Below are positions 39,901 to 51,557 of a stretch of 64,000 nt of DNA, one piece after another. The stretch lies in the NCBI RefSeq assembly GCF_964204645.1, contig NC_134035.1, positions 3,224,001 to 3,288,000 of the forward strand. Direction: 5' to 3'. How positions within the stretch are numbered: position 1 is the first letter of the stretch; the number at the start of each line of letters is the position of its first letter. A program made the translations under genes and the position numbers. This DNA is from Tubulanus polymorphus. Taxonomy: Eukaryota > Animalia > Nemertea. Below the pieces are notes generated by a model, which saw only the letters and a program-made list of their open reading frames with translations, was not told the origin of the DNA and did no database searches.

Positions 39901-42192
39901 ATCTGTCGCAGGAATCTCGACCATATTCCGCACTCTTCCGGTAAGCTCGACCCGGTCGGATCCTCGAAGATGATGCCGAACGGACGAATATCGGCCGGCA
40001 ATTTGCCCAAGAAATCGGTCATCTGGAATATACGCTCTGGCTTGTCTTTCATGCTATCCGGCAGATCGCGGTAGTTGATGAGAACCTGGATTTTAATGAA
40101 AATCATAAGGGGAATCGCATGATGAATGATGCAACATCAATTTCGTATGAAATAGACCGATATATTCTCGGCGATTTTGATAATAAAGCAGTTTAATAAC
40201 AAATAAGATCTTATGAAATGCTATCATGATTGCCACGCGTAAACACGATAAAGGTAAGCGTTTCATAGTTTGATTCGTAGTAGATGAACACATGGAAAAA
40301 ATAAAAAATAAATAAAGAGTTGAAAAGGAATAAAAAGCAAAAACAAAAGGAAGGAAAATGAATAATTAAAAAGACAGATTTATAATCTTGGTGATCCTGT
40401 AATGATCTTATTTCAAAGTTAAATGATCTGTGACAGTTTCGAGATCGCATCTTCAGATGAGCAGTAAAAAATTTTAAAAATTTATCAGTTATTGTCATTT
40501 GGTGAATCTGGTATTTATTTATGTAAATTATTCTGGAAATAAATAAATGAATAAATACACTGTTGATGCGACTTATTAACTGTCAGAAAAAAATAAACTT
40601 TGACATATCGCAATTGCGGGATCATTCGTCATAGGGATCGTAACATTCGAGATGAATTCTGCAGAAACACTAGCGCTAACCTTTGCGTCCTTATGCAAAT
40701 TTTCGTGACACCACACGATCCATTTTTTCATTAAATTTTGCATTTCGGTCATCGGGAATTTGTCGAAATCGTAAACGACGTCGCTCAAATCCACCTCGAG
40801 TATCGCGCCGTGCAAACCGAACTGTTTCATCTTCTTCAAACCGATCGGGACGTTTTCGGTGTTGGGCACCTTCTTTGCCACTTCTACAGTAAAATAAAAA
40901 CAACGAGAAGACCAACTTGAAAGTTTATTGACGATGTGAAAAATATTCTATATGTATTTTGCTTTATTCTGTCGAAAATTAATGATATGATAAAGATCGT
41001 ATAATAAGAAGGATCAATGCTGTTGATTCGAATTTGAATAAATCCACAATTGAATTGATTTGATTTGAATTGACAGGCAACCCAAATAGTGATGACGTAG
41101 TGCCACGTCCAATCACACAATATTCTAATTCATTTTCAAAAATTCATAGAAATTCATTAGATAGAAAATAAATCATGAATAATTCAATAAAAAATAAACG
41201 CCTATTTTCGCTAATGGTAATTACTGTTTTGAAACACCAATTATGATGACGTAGTGCACATCAACTCACACAGCTCCTTATTATAACGCAAAGTAGTTAT
41301 TAATTTATGAAAACATTTTTGAAAGGTTTTTACGGCGTCATAAAAACGCGTTAGGTTACGCTCAGGTTCACATGACCTTGTCACGCATTCGCGTTTCTTT
41401 TTTTAAAGATTTTATCGCCAAGAATATTTCCAACTGGTTCTAATACGAATGGCATTTCACAAACGAATGGCATTTCACAAAAGAACGCGCGCGTTTAACG
41501 CGTTCTTGAACCGACCTATTCAATCATATCATCAAATTAAGGATATCGCGATACAAAACCAGATTGAAAAGCAATAAAGTATTATTACGATATTATGCAT
41601 TATAGAGTTTAGAAGCGCCCTGGAGACATATTCATAAAAACAATTTCGAAAAAAATTGGTTGTTTATTTCCAAAAAAACTGGTTTTTATTGTTTTCATTG
41701 TTAAAAGTGATTTTTGGAGGTTATTCCGAGATTCCTGAACTGTTTCTAAGAATACGTTGATATGTCACCAGTAAATTATACGCGTACGCTTAGGTATACG
41801 TTTTTTCGCTTACTTGTGGTAATTTCTGAGAAGGCGAACATGCCATCCGTGTCTTCACCGTTATCCTTCAGCTGCTGCAGAAACAAGTCGTCGACGCGAG
41901 TCATGTGCGAAAACGAAGCGACCACTCGATGTTTGAAGCCGAGTTTCTTCACTTCGTTGTAGATTTGCCATTTGTTTTCGATCGTGTGTCCGGTCAACGA
42001 GCCGACCGTGCTTTCGCGGATCGAGTTGTCCAACACGAACAAGTCTAAATCCCTCAAAACGTCGTATTTGCGCAGCTTCGCGTCTTTGGCGGCTTCGTAT
42101 TCGCCGACCATCGCCGAGAAATCATCGTTCACCTTCACGTCAGCCATCGCCTTACTATGCTGTTCTATATTGGCCTTGTACTTGCGAAACAT
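36998..42192 (-). CDS. Uncharacterised ~577-aa protein: DRE-TIM metallolyase-like (homocitrate/isopropylmalate synthase, HMGL-like) barrel plus C-terminal EF-hand
   Basis: Seven phase-consistent GT-AG exons: 42192-41814, 40883-40681, 40085-39819, 39254-39127, 38664-38359, 37988-37807 and 37266-36998 (1734 nt). Motifs: LDNSIRES, HLLVHTHEKYG, ALAFGCNGIWASVCCEGASMG, RQIIYGKRA and the EF loop DMDSDGGIDWKE. The gene structure is high confidence; the fold call rests on motif recognition. An acceptor at 42212 means a further upstream exon is possible. Confidence 0.85.
37393..37517. mobile_element. Intronic palindromic MITE (ggaccagttg..cttaagacc family)
   Basis: Inverted termini ggaccagtt / aaccggacc. 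A related copy lies at ~53310-53420. Confidence 0.55.
39361..39490. mobile_element. Intronic palindromic MITE, Harbinger/PIF-like
   Basis: ggacccagttctacagtt ... aactgtggaactgggtcc in a CWG-type context. Confidence 0.75.
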
Positions 42193-42744
42193 GTCTGTTT
42201 GTATTAATAGCCTGTTGACACAAATAAAAAAGTATTCACGTTAAGCCAATAAACGTTCAGGACCCATTACTTGGTAAAGTTTAAATCTAGAGTTAAAAAT
42301 AGTCCATTTCTTAATGCCTTAACCCTAAACGACCAAAACAAATATAAAAATGGACAAAATGATCTTCACCCTTGTAATTAGCTATTTCCAAAATCTTGAT
42401 GTATTAAATTAGGCAGCCAGAAAAATTCACCCCAATCAGTCGCTTGGCGTTTCAGACTGCTTGGAAGATTGTTTAAATGAACCGGAACCGAATTTCCAAT
42501 TATGTACTTCGATTTAAAAAAGAAAATTCTGTAAATTAGACCGCCGAGCAAACAACTATATCTGTACTTCGATTTCCGATTTCAAAATCAAACCCCCTGT
42601 TTCGCTCCCGGCTGGTGTGGTGGGTCTGTAAGGGACACTCAATCAAAAAATCTAACGAACTTTACAAACCAAATAAACAACAGGGACAATCCCTATTTTA
42701 AGATCCAAAAAAAAAAAATCAACAGTGGAATAAGATCCTAACAA

Positions 42745-42868
42745 GTAGTTTATTCAAGATTTCGACTATAATATCCTAATAGTCATCTTCAGGATTACTA
42801 TTAGGATAGTAAAGCGAGATACTTGAGTATTCCTGAACATGACTATTGAGATATAGTCAAAATGTTGC
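42745..42868. ncRNA. Inverted pair of degenerate minimal hammerhead-ribozyme-like motifs
   Basis: Minus strand cCTGAAGAtgactattaggatattatagtcGAAAtcttgaata (42793-42751) and plus strand tattcCTGAACAtgactattgagatatagtcAAAAtgttg (42828-42867). Confidence 0.5.
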
Positions 42869-43096
42869 AGCTAATGGAAACTGTTCAGACTCGCTTATAT
42901 TAATCGTTTTTGTATCATGGGGTTTTAACGTATCGAACTATTTATGATGGTGTCTTCGTTGTCCTATAATCCTAAAATTCGAGGTCGGGGTCTGGAATGC
43001 CTGGAATTCGGCCTTGTTTCCCCCCCCCTATTTGCCGAATTCTAAATACGTTTCGTATAATACTAACACAACTTTATAATTGCTGTATCGTTTCAG

Positions 43097-44975
43097 ATGG
43101 AATCAAGGCTAACATTTTTGCTCGTGGTCGCTTCGCTGTTCGGAGCGCCCGCAGTCAGCGGCCTGCCTCTCGTCACCATCTTCAGCAAAGCGATTCGATA
43201 TTTTGCATCGGGCGACGCCGCCGCAGCTGCACCAGCCGTACACAACGGGCCACCAGCATTCTGCAACGATCTCAGCTGCCCACGATTTCAGATCATCGAC
43301 AAAACGCTAGTACGTATTAAACTACCGGCAGATCAGAATTGCGTTTTGTTGAATTAACCGGCAACCAGTCTAACCAGACTAGCTCCAATAGTGATGACGT
43401 AGTACACATCCGATCCTCAAAGTTAATGGTCAAAAAGACATGAAAATTCATTCAAATTGAAAATAAAAGTCAAGAATAAGATTTGATTACAAAATGAATG
43501 CCAATCACAATTATAATTGTTATTCTGAAACGCTAATATTGATGACGTAGTGCGCATCGACTCACACAGAACCCCTTCAATAACGGATACTCGGTATCAA
43601 TGTATCCAAACCTTATTGTAACCATTTTTACTGCGTCAAAATTTTCAAGAGAAATCTATCAGCACGAATCTGCTTAAAATGAATGAAAAATTATGTTTTC
43701 GTTTCCAAAATAGGATTACGAATTAAGACGTTACGAAGCAGTGCAATGGGTATCGACGAACACGAGCGAGGGATACTCATACACGGTATCAACGACGAGG
43801 TTGTTCCGAAAGTTGTTCAAATACATTAAAGGAGCTAACGCAGAAGGTTGGTTTTCCTAGGCAAGACTGTCTGGAGAAGAACTCCGAACGCAAAATAGCA
43901 AAGTGACGTTTTAGTTGTGAAAATGGTTCATTCAATGATAGAATTCAGTCCAATCTCTTAGTCGAAATGCCAATCACCCTTTTTGTTTCTTCATAGTTGT
44001 CGGGTTTCTTCAGTTCTCGATTTTGATAGACACATTTTTTCTCAAACAAAATTTTTGAAAATAGGGATTATAGAATTTAGTCGAAATGTCACTATTAGAT
44101 TTTCTTGTGATTTTTTCACCTACAACCGAAGAAGAAAATCGAAGATGGAGGAACTTTACCTACTTTGAGAAATTAGGATTTTTACCGAAGGTTTTTTTAC
44201 GCTGCTAACCTTTTCCTCGAATAACGATAAATTTTCTTCTATAGCGCTCCTACAAATTATAGTCAGTGCACGTTGCATAGGTATAGAACAAACAGCTGAT
44301 AAAATAGTAATTTAAAACACATGGGGAATAAATATCAGGTTAAATTTACAGGTGGCTAAATTTCGGTTTAGAAGGTGTATGTAATTACGTTAAGTCAAAG
44401 AGGAATAACACCTATGCATATTGACGTGTGTTCTGTGTCTCATTAAATGATCTGCAGAATTCGGCATTTAATTTCAGAGAAAAAGATCGCCATGACCGTA
44501 CCCGTGATTAATCTTATAAACGAAACCGCCAGCCCCAGACAACTGGAAATGTCGTTCTACCTCCCCGCGGAAAAGCCCCAGCCGTCCGATCCGCGAGTGT
44601 ATCTCACGAACACGCCGAAAATGCTCGTCTATGTTAGGTGAGATCGAAATACCTAGATTAACCTAACGATCAGTAAAAACAGATATATCTATCTGAAATA
44701 CGAACTTTCGTTACTTAACTTCTCGGGTACAACATGTTACCGAAAGGGCCCGAGTATTTTTGAAAACGCTATTATTCGAATTGATCTTACCTTTCAGAGA
44801 ATTTGGGGGATTTACGTTCGGATACCGCCGGTGGGAAATGGAGGCTAAGAAGTTGACAGCGGCTTTGGATTCAGCTGGCATAACCTATCATTCGACGTTC
44901 TTCTACACGGCCAGTTACAACAGTCCTTTCACTTTATTCGGACGCCACAACGAAATATGGGTCATAGCGAAATAG
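43097..44975 (+). CDS. Secreted SOUL-family heme-binding protein (HEBP2-like), ~227 aa
   Basis: Exons 43097-43309, 43714-43846, 44478-44637 and 44798-44975 (684 nt, phases consistent). Signal peptide MESRLTFLLVVASLFGAPAVSG. SOUL motifs PAFCNDLSCPRF, DYELRRY, FRKLFKYIKGAN, KIAMTVPV, MSFYLP, VYVREFGGF and YNSPFTLFGRHNEIW. Confidence 0.95.
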
Positions 44976-45882
44976 ATAGCAAGTTATAGCAGGAACTATT
45001 GCCACGGTTGAAAAAAAGTCTTCTCTAGCGTGAAGCAATACTCTGCACCCTATAGAAATAATCCTAACTACACATGTATTAAGATTTGAGTTGAATAAAT
45101 GATTAAGAACTGTGAAACTGAGACCAGTGTACATTTCTTTTATCCTTGTTGTCGATAGCACAAAAAGCAAATCCGCTTTTACTAAATGTGACTTATTGTT
45201 TTGTGCGAGTAATACAAATTATGTTATTGTTCTTCGCTGTCAACGCAGTTCGACTGTCTTTATGGATTGTGAATTTAGGAAAAAATTATATAAGAGCCAG
45301 TTTTATAGATTAGTATTAATTTTATATTTAGTATTAGCTCAATGGATTTTCTATTGAGTTAGCCGCCGGGTTAAAGCTAATACCAGAGTCTATAAAACCG
45401 GGCACTAGTGTTTAGATTAATTTGATAAGATTAGGTTTTAAGTTCAGTTTCAAAATTTTGCTAGTAGATTGATAGTATGGAGATATTCAGTTTGTTAAAG
45501 TTAGTTTTTCCGGGTAAGAATTGCAGAAAATCATTCAATTCATTTTAATTCATATAAGAGTAATCAAAATTGTGCGCGGAGTTACATTATTTTGGACACG
45601 AGCCTAGAATATTAGAGGAACAAATTCCAATTGATGAAAACGCAACCATATATAAACATACATAAATTTACCTAATTTATACAGTACGAATATATACTAA
45701 GTCACATCAAGACATATCAAAATTTAGTAAATTGAATTGGAAATATCATAAATTAAGAAATGGTGAAAATCTATGTAAATAAACTAATTTTTCCGTTGAC
45801 GACTTAACCGAGTTTGACAGTATCCTAACGTTCCGTATTGTTGACATTCGTTTCTTACATCGAAATCTATTGAAAAGGTGTA

Positions 45883-48800
45883 ATGGATTCTGGACGCAAG
45901 GTTTCGCCTTTCATTATGGTCGAAAAAGACGGCGGTATATACGGCGAAGACTTCGAACTGGACGACGAGGAGAATACTAGTTCATCGTCTCTTCATTCGA
46001 CCATGAAACGAACGTCATCAACTGACGTCATCGTCGAGGACGATAAAATCTACGACCTATCGGAATTAAGAAAAATCGAAACTTCGCAACAACAGCACGA
46101 CCAAAAAGGAGGGAGGGGAAATGTTGTTACCACAGATGCTAAGTCGAGAAGCGTGCCTCGACAGTCTACGTTTTTATCGAGCAGTTCCGGAAGTGAAACG
46201 GACATCCACATCGATATTCAAAAGGAAGATGGCCTCGAAGAATTAGAAGCGTTGAAGTGTCTAGAAATGGCGAGCGTTAAGTTGAGATTTCCGATGGACG
46301 TCATCAAACGGGCGTCCGACATCAAACAGATGGACGAAGCAGTCGAACGCGTGTACGCGCAGGGTTATGCGGTCGGTCGTCAAGACGGTTTATTAGACGC
46401 ATTCGCCGGTCGTTGTGGTGGACGGACGGGCGGCGTTACCCGTTCACAAGAGCGCAGAAAAAAAATTACCAACCTAGCGAATAACAAGTCTATTATGGGT
46501 AGCGACGATCGGGACTCAGATTTCGATGAAGATTGTATTATCGAGCTAAGCGGACCGTCACCAGACGAAAGTTCGACGATTAACTATTTCGACGATATAC
46601 CCGACGAGTTTCACGTCGTGGAAAATCGAAACGGAAAAGGAAGCTTCAACGATAGCTCGGAGAGCGTTCAGTGGACGACGGTAAAACCGTCGACAGTTGT
46701 TATAGAAGAACTGCCGGACGAGAAACTCGGCAAACAACGAGGGTTCGAACCCGTTTATCCGTCGGATGACCTACCCGGCGACGTGGTTAAAACGAAACCC
46801 GACATTCGGGCCGGTAGTCCACTGGCTAACCATCTCGTAGATCTGTTTACCCCGGAAGGTTATAAGGGCCCGCGCGCTAAACGCGACGACAAAAGTCCGC
46901 CGAAGAAATCGACACCGCAAGTTGTAATGCCGTCGGAAATACCACCGCAGACCAGCAGTAACCGCGACGACGGTCCATCCCGCGAGGAAGCCATCGAGCA
47001 TCAGAGTAAATGCGACGAGAATACACGCGTTAACAAAATTGAAAATAAAGAAGAGAGTTATGTTGGGTCTGTCAGGAGAACAGATGCATTGCCTTCGGGA
47101 ATGAACGCTTTAGGTGAGTTATGTGCGAACGCGTATTTAGCCTTACCGCAGATTCACCAGAACCCCGGTGGGGAAGGGGCAGTAAATCATGGCTTCTGTC
47201 TCCGACAGTGCCGAATGCAAAGAGAATTGGCGTTAGTAGCAAAGGGCTTTTGGGCAGTTTACACTTTGGGAACTTAATTTCTGTGGTAGACAGCGAAACC
47301 TGGGCTCTCCACTCACTAGTGCAAACATTGAAATCGTGACGCATTCTTTTTCTAAGGAACTGGAGATGAAGGACAATTCCTGCACCGAACAATAGAAGAT
47401 CAGGCGTGCATCATTAAAACGTTGAAGGAAGATAGGGATGAACTCGAGGTAGGATGTCTGACAGTCGTGTCTTTGTCGAAACGGGATGAATAAGACAGTT
47501 TTTTTTCAATTCACATCTTGCATGGTACACTGTACTTTATCGTAGGCCTATGTTAGCGAAGGTTTAATGGACCTGCGGCAAACATCTTTGTCTGAGGTCT
47601 TCAATCTAATGACAGGTCTAATCTCATCGAAGGTCTCATCTAATCTAGAGGTCTAATGGCAAAATTTGTCATATCATTTCATTCTAATTTATCACAATAT
47701 TATCATCGAAGTAGGTCCTCTTGATATGCGCAATATTTGTCTGGAATAGTTTTTCTTTTGAAAATCGAAATGAAGATTTTTTTGTCAATTTTGTCGATTC
47801 TAGGAATACATAGAGACGAGAGAGAGGGAATGGTCGGACACCAGTGACCGTTTGAATCGAGAGATTCTTACTCTGAGAAACCACCTTACCAAGTACACCC
47901 AGGACAGGGTCGCTTCCGGTAATTGATGATGACCGTGCGTCATTTGCAAATCTGACGACAGAAGTAAAAACCCATGATATAATGAGAAAAAAACTAAATA
48001 AGAATTCGACGATTCGGCCCAATTCTATGGGCCATTTTCAAGAAATGTTAATTGAAAAACTGGGTATTTACTTCAATATTTTGTCCATGGAAACCAACTG
48101 ACTACACTAGTTACGACTCCTTTAAGACCTCAATTTACTCTTCCTTATGATATCTATATCATAATAGTCTCTTGTTCATTTTCCAAATCAAACCACTACT
48201 TCTTAAATTAAATTACTCCCAATAGTGATGAATACTTCTCCAAAACGTGAATACCAGGTAGTCAGATCTGCACTTTATGGTGGCCACATTAAAACGAAAA
48301 AACATGGTGCTCAATCTCTCCAATTTTCATTACATTTTTCTACTTTTCCTTTCACCGCAATGTTTTGGCGAAAACCTATTTTCAACGAAAACGCCCACGT
48401 TTCAGTGAAAAGCTGGGTTTAACGATATGTTGAGTGTCATATTCTAGTTTTAATGTGGTCCGAATCAGCCACCATGGCATTTAAAAATTCTACTTCTAAA
48501 AGAAATGCGTCGTAATTTCCTACATAACGTTTTTGAATCAGGTCGACAGGTGAACTCCCGTCTGCTGGCTTCGATGGTGAAAGCGAAACAAGACAACGAT
48601 AAAGCTTACGCAATCGCGGTTGAACTACGAACCAAGGTTAAAAACAAGCGTTAACAGTTGGAAAGATTCAACAAAACAAGTGTTAACAGTTGCTAAGATT
48701 TACCAAAACAAGTGTTAACAGTTGCTAAGATTTACCAAAACAAGTGTTAACAGTTGCTAAGATTTACCAAAACAAGTGTTAACAGTTGCTAAGATTTACC

Positions 48801-50173
48801 AAAACAAGTGTTAACAGTTGCTAAGATTTACCAAAACAAGGGTTAACAGCAATCTGTATAATTGCCGCGTCTTGTTTTCAGGTTAACGAATTGAAGTTGT
48901 TGCTAGCTAGTCAGCAGATATACATATACAATCTCGAAGAAGATCGTTACTCTCTTGCGTCGCAGCTATCCGCCCGGAACGCCTCCGAAAACCAGGTAAC
49001 CTTTAAACGTAATGACCCATAGCTGTTCCACTGCCGAGAACCTCGAATTTATAAGTCATACCGTGGATAAGTCCATGAATCCGCCGCGCTGAAAGCAAGG
49101 TCAACCTGTACTAGATAATCGAGAAATGTTTCGAACGTTGTAATTTCTATGCAGGAATTCAAAAGCGCGGCCGCCGTCCCGAGCGCTAAGGTATCGGACG
49201 TTTTGTATTCGGACCGTGGGACGTACACGCCTTTAACTACTAACGACCCCGAGTCGGCCGTACTGGACACATTTAGCATCGGGGGTATGTTCTATCAAAT
49301 CGCTATTACACCTGACGAAACTTCGGCCAGTTCTATGTATATTGTTCAGAGTTGGGATTTGACTCAAGAAACAACTAACTCATTGAAAATGAACTACGTA
49401 GAATCGGAATTAACTTTTCTCGGAACCGGGTCCGGGCTCTAACACATGACCCAGGTCCACAGTCGTGAGTTTGAATTTTCTCCGAGTTAGAATCAGTTCA
49501 TTTTCAACGAGCTCTATCTCCCGATTCAAATCTTAACCCACACCGGACTGGAACTGGACCCGGTTTCACAGTGGTGGTTAAAAATTAACTCTGAGTTAGA
49601 TTTTGATCCTTAGGTTTGTCATTCAACTCACAACAACAACTGTACCGGGTCCGGGGTCATAATCGGTTTTAGAAAATCCAATCTACTCTTCAATAGTAGA
49701 ACAGCCCGAATGACACTCAAACAGGAAGAAAATAAAACATGATTAAAACCCACAATAAACCGATTTTAATGCAAAACTAATTACTCAAAATTGAATATTA
49801 AAACCTGACGATGATCTCCCCAGAGAGTTCAAAACTCCGTTTTCAATTCTCAATTTTAGAATAGTAAATTTGCTTTCAAATTTCTACGTAATGGGTTTTT
49901 ATCACGCGATTAACGATACTCAGTATTTCTTTGTATTTATACAGTCCGTATCTATACAATAGATAATTCTCTTTTTTTATTATCGCAGGTACGGCAGTTT
50001 TAGACGGAACTCAGGATGATAATGAGATGAACCCGAGCACGGCGAGGTTCACGTACGACCCGACGATGATCCCGTTCGTTAGGAGACAGCTACTAACGAC
50101 GGATATCGCAGACAACGATTCACGCGTCGTTATCCGCTGCCCGCAATCAACCCTGACAGAAAAACATATTTAA
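45883..50173 (+). CDS. Uncharacterised ~612-aa acidic, largely disordered protein with a C-terminal coiled-coil segment
   Basis: Exons 45883-47113 (donor GTGAGT), 47357-47448, 48550-48636, 48882-48995, 49155-49284 and 49989-50173 (1839 nt, phases consistent). Heptad-like IEDQACIIKTLKEDRDELEVNSRLLASMVKAKQDNDKAYAIAVELRTKVNELKLLL. The last ~53 aa of the 464-aa track ORF are probably intron read-through. Confidence 0.75.
48643..48850 (+). repeat. Intronic 32-bp minisatellite, about 6.5 copies
   Basis: Unit aacaagtgttaacagttgctaagatttaccaa. Confidence 0.95.
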
Positions 50174-51182
50174 GTCGAGCGAAACCGAACAGCGTGTGAC
50201 GTCATAGCGCATCGTATATCAGACGTCGTCAAGGAGTGCAAGCGGCTATAACCGAAGTAAAAAGCCAATGCGACGGCCGTTTTACGTCCAGTGTGACGCT
50301 TGCGAACTATATACGCATTGCCTCGTTTAGGCCTACAGAATAAGGTCTCAAAACCGAGAGCCGTGCGTACCAGCTTTTCAAATAGTTGGTCAGTTTTCAC
50401 GCAGTTTGTGAGTTTAGCGTAAACTAAGTTGGTGTGAATGAATTTGTCTCTATTCCGGTATGTCCGGTAATTTCTCGCTGTATAATTTAGCCTCGAACCA
50501 GAAAATGCAGGACTCCAATCGTATACACAATAATTCAGTCGGTGCGAAAACAAGTTCATCGCTTCACCAGACCTCTATATATCGATATAATTAGTTCAAT
50601 TTTCATCATCCAGCGTTTCGTGTAACATTGTGTGATTGACGCGGCGCGCGCGCACCAGTCCTTCAGGTGAAAACCGTATCAAACAGGCGCAGCCAACCAT
50701 CAGTTAGTTCGTTAGCTTCATAATGACGTCATAACGCCGAGAGGTGACAAAAGTCAGGCATCATAACCGCGCGCGTCGTGTCGTGTTGTGTACGGTTCTT
50801 TGAGTTACGGTTTTCGGATATTGTAGCGCGTTTTTATGCCGGCCGGAAAACATGACAAGGGCAGAAACACGGGAATAAACCGCCACCGGAGATCACCGTA
50901 CGACCGACAGATCGTATTACGGCAAATATCCGGTCATAAAACTACGCTCAGAAAATGTACGCGAGCATTTCGATATTGTCGGCAATGCGCCTATTATTTT
51001 GGCCAATTGGCCGAAATGGTGCGCGTAATTGGTTCTCGTGTATGATATACCTGTCGGAAGCTGGCGCGTAGAATTCCTTCCGCCGTCTCGTATATACACA
51101 TTTATGTATACACTAATGTCACTGATCCGCTAATAATTCTTGCGAAGGTAAAAAGAATCCACCGAGGCCGCGTAGTACTCAG

Positions 51183-51557
51183 TATGGGCGACAATTCCCA
51201 AAAGAAACCCCCGTGGCATATGGGCGGCAATTCCCTTCAAAAAGAAACCACCGAGTGACCGCAGTCTGTGTAAGAGCGCTGGAGCGGTGTCCGGTAGAAT
51301 ATGGGCGGCAATTCCCTTCAAAAAGAAACCACCGAGTGACCGCAGTCTGTGTAAGAGCGCTGGAGCGGTGTCCGGTAGCATATGGGCGGCAATTCCCTTC
51401 AAAAAGAAACCACCGAGTGACCGGAGGCTGCGTTCGAGCAATGTCCGGTAGCATGGGCGGCAATTCCCTTCAAAAAGAAACCACCGAGTGACCGGAGGCT
51501 GCGTATAGAGCGCTCCAGCGGTGTCCGGTAGCGTATGGGCGGCAATTCCCTTCAAAA
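51183..51557 (+). repeat. ~81-bp GC-rich minisatellite, 4-5 copies
   Basis: tatgggcggcaattcccttcaaaaagaaaccaccgagtgaccg.. at ~51219, 51300, 51381, ~51453 and ~51534. Confidence 0.93.

Noticed and set aside
47114-47277. C-terminal part of the 464-aa ORF
   Set aside because: A strong GTGAGT donor at 47114 joins in phase to downstream exons, so this is probably intron read-through; an alternative terminal isoform is not excluded.
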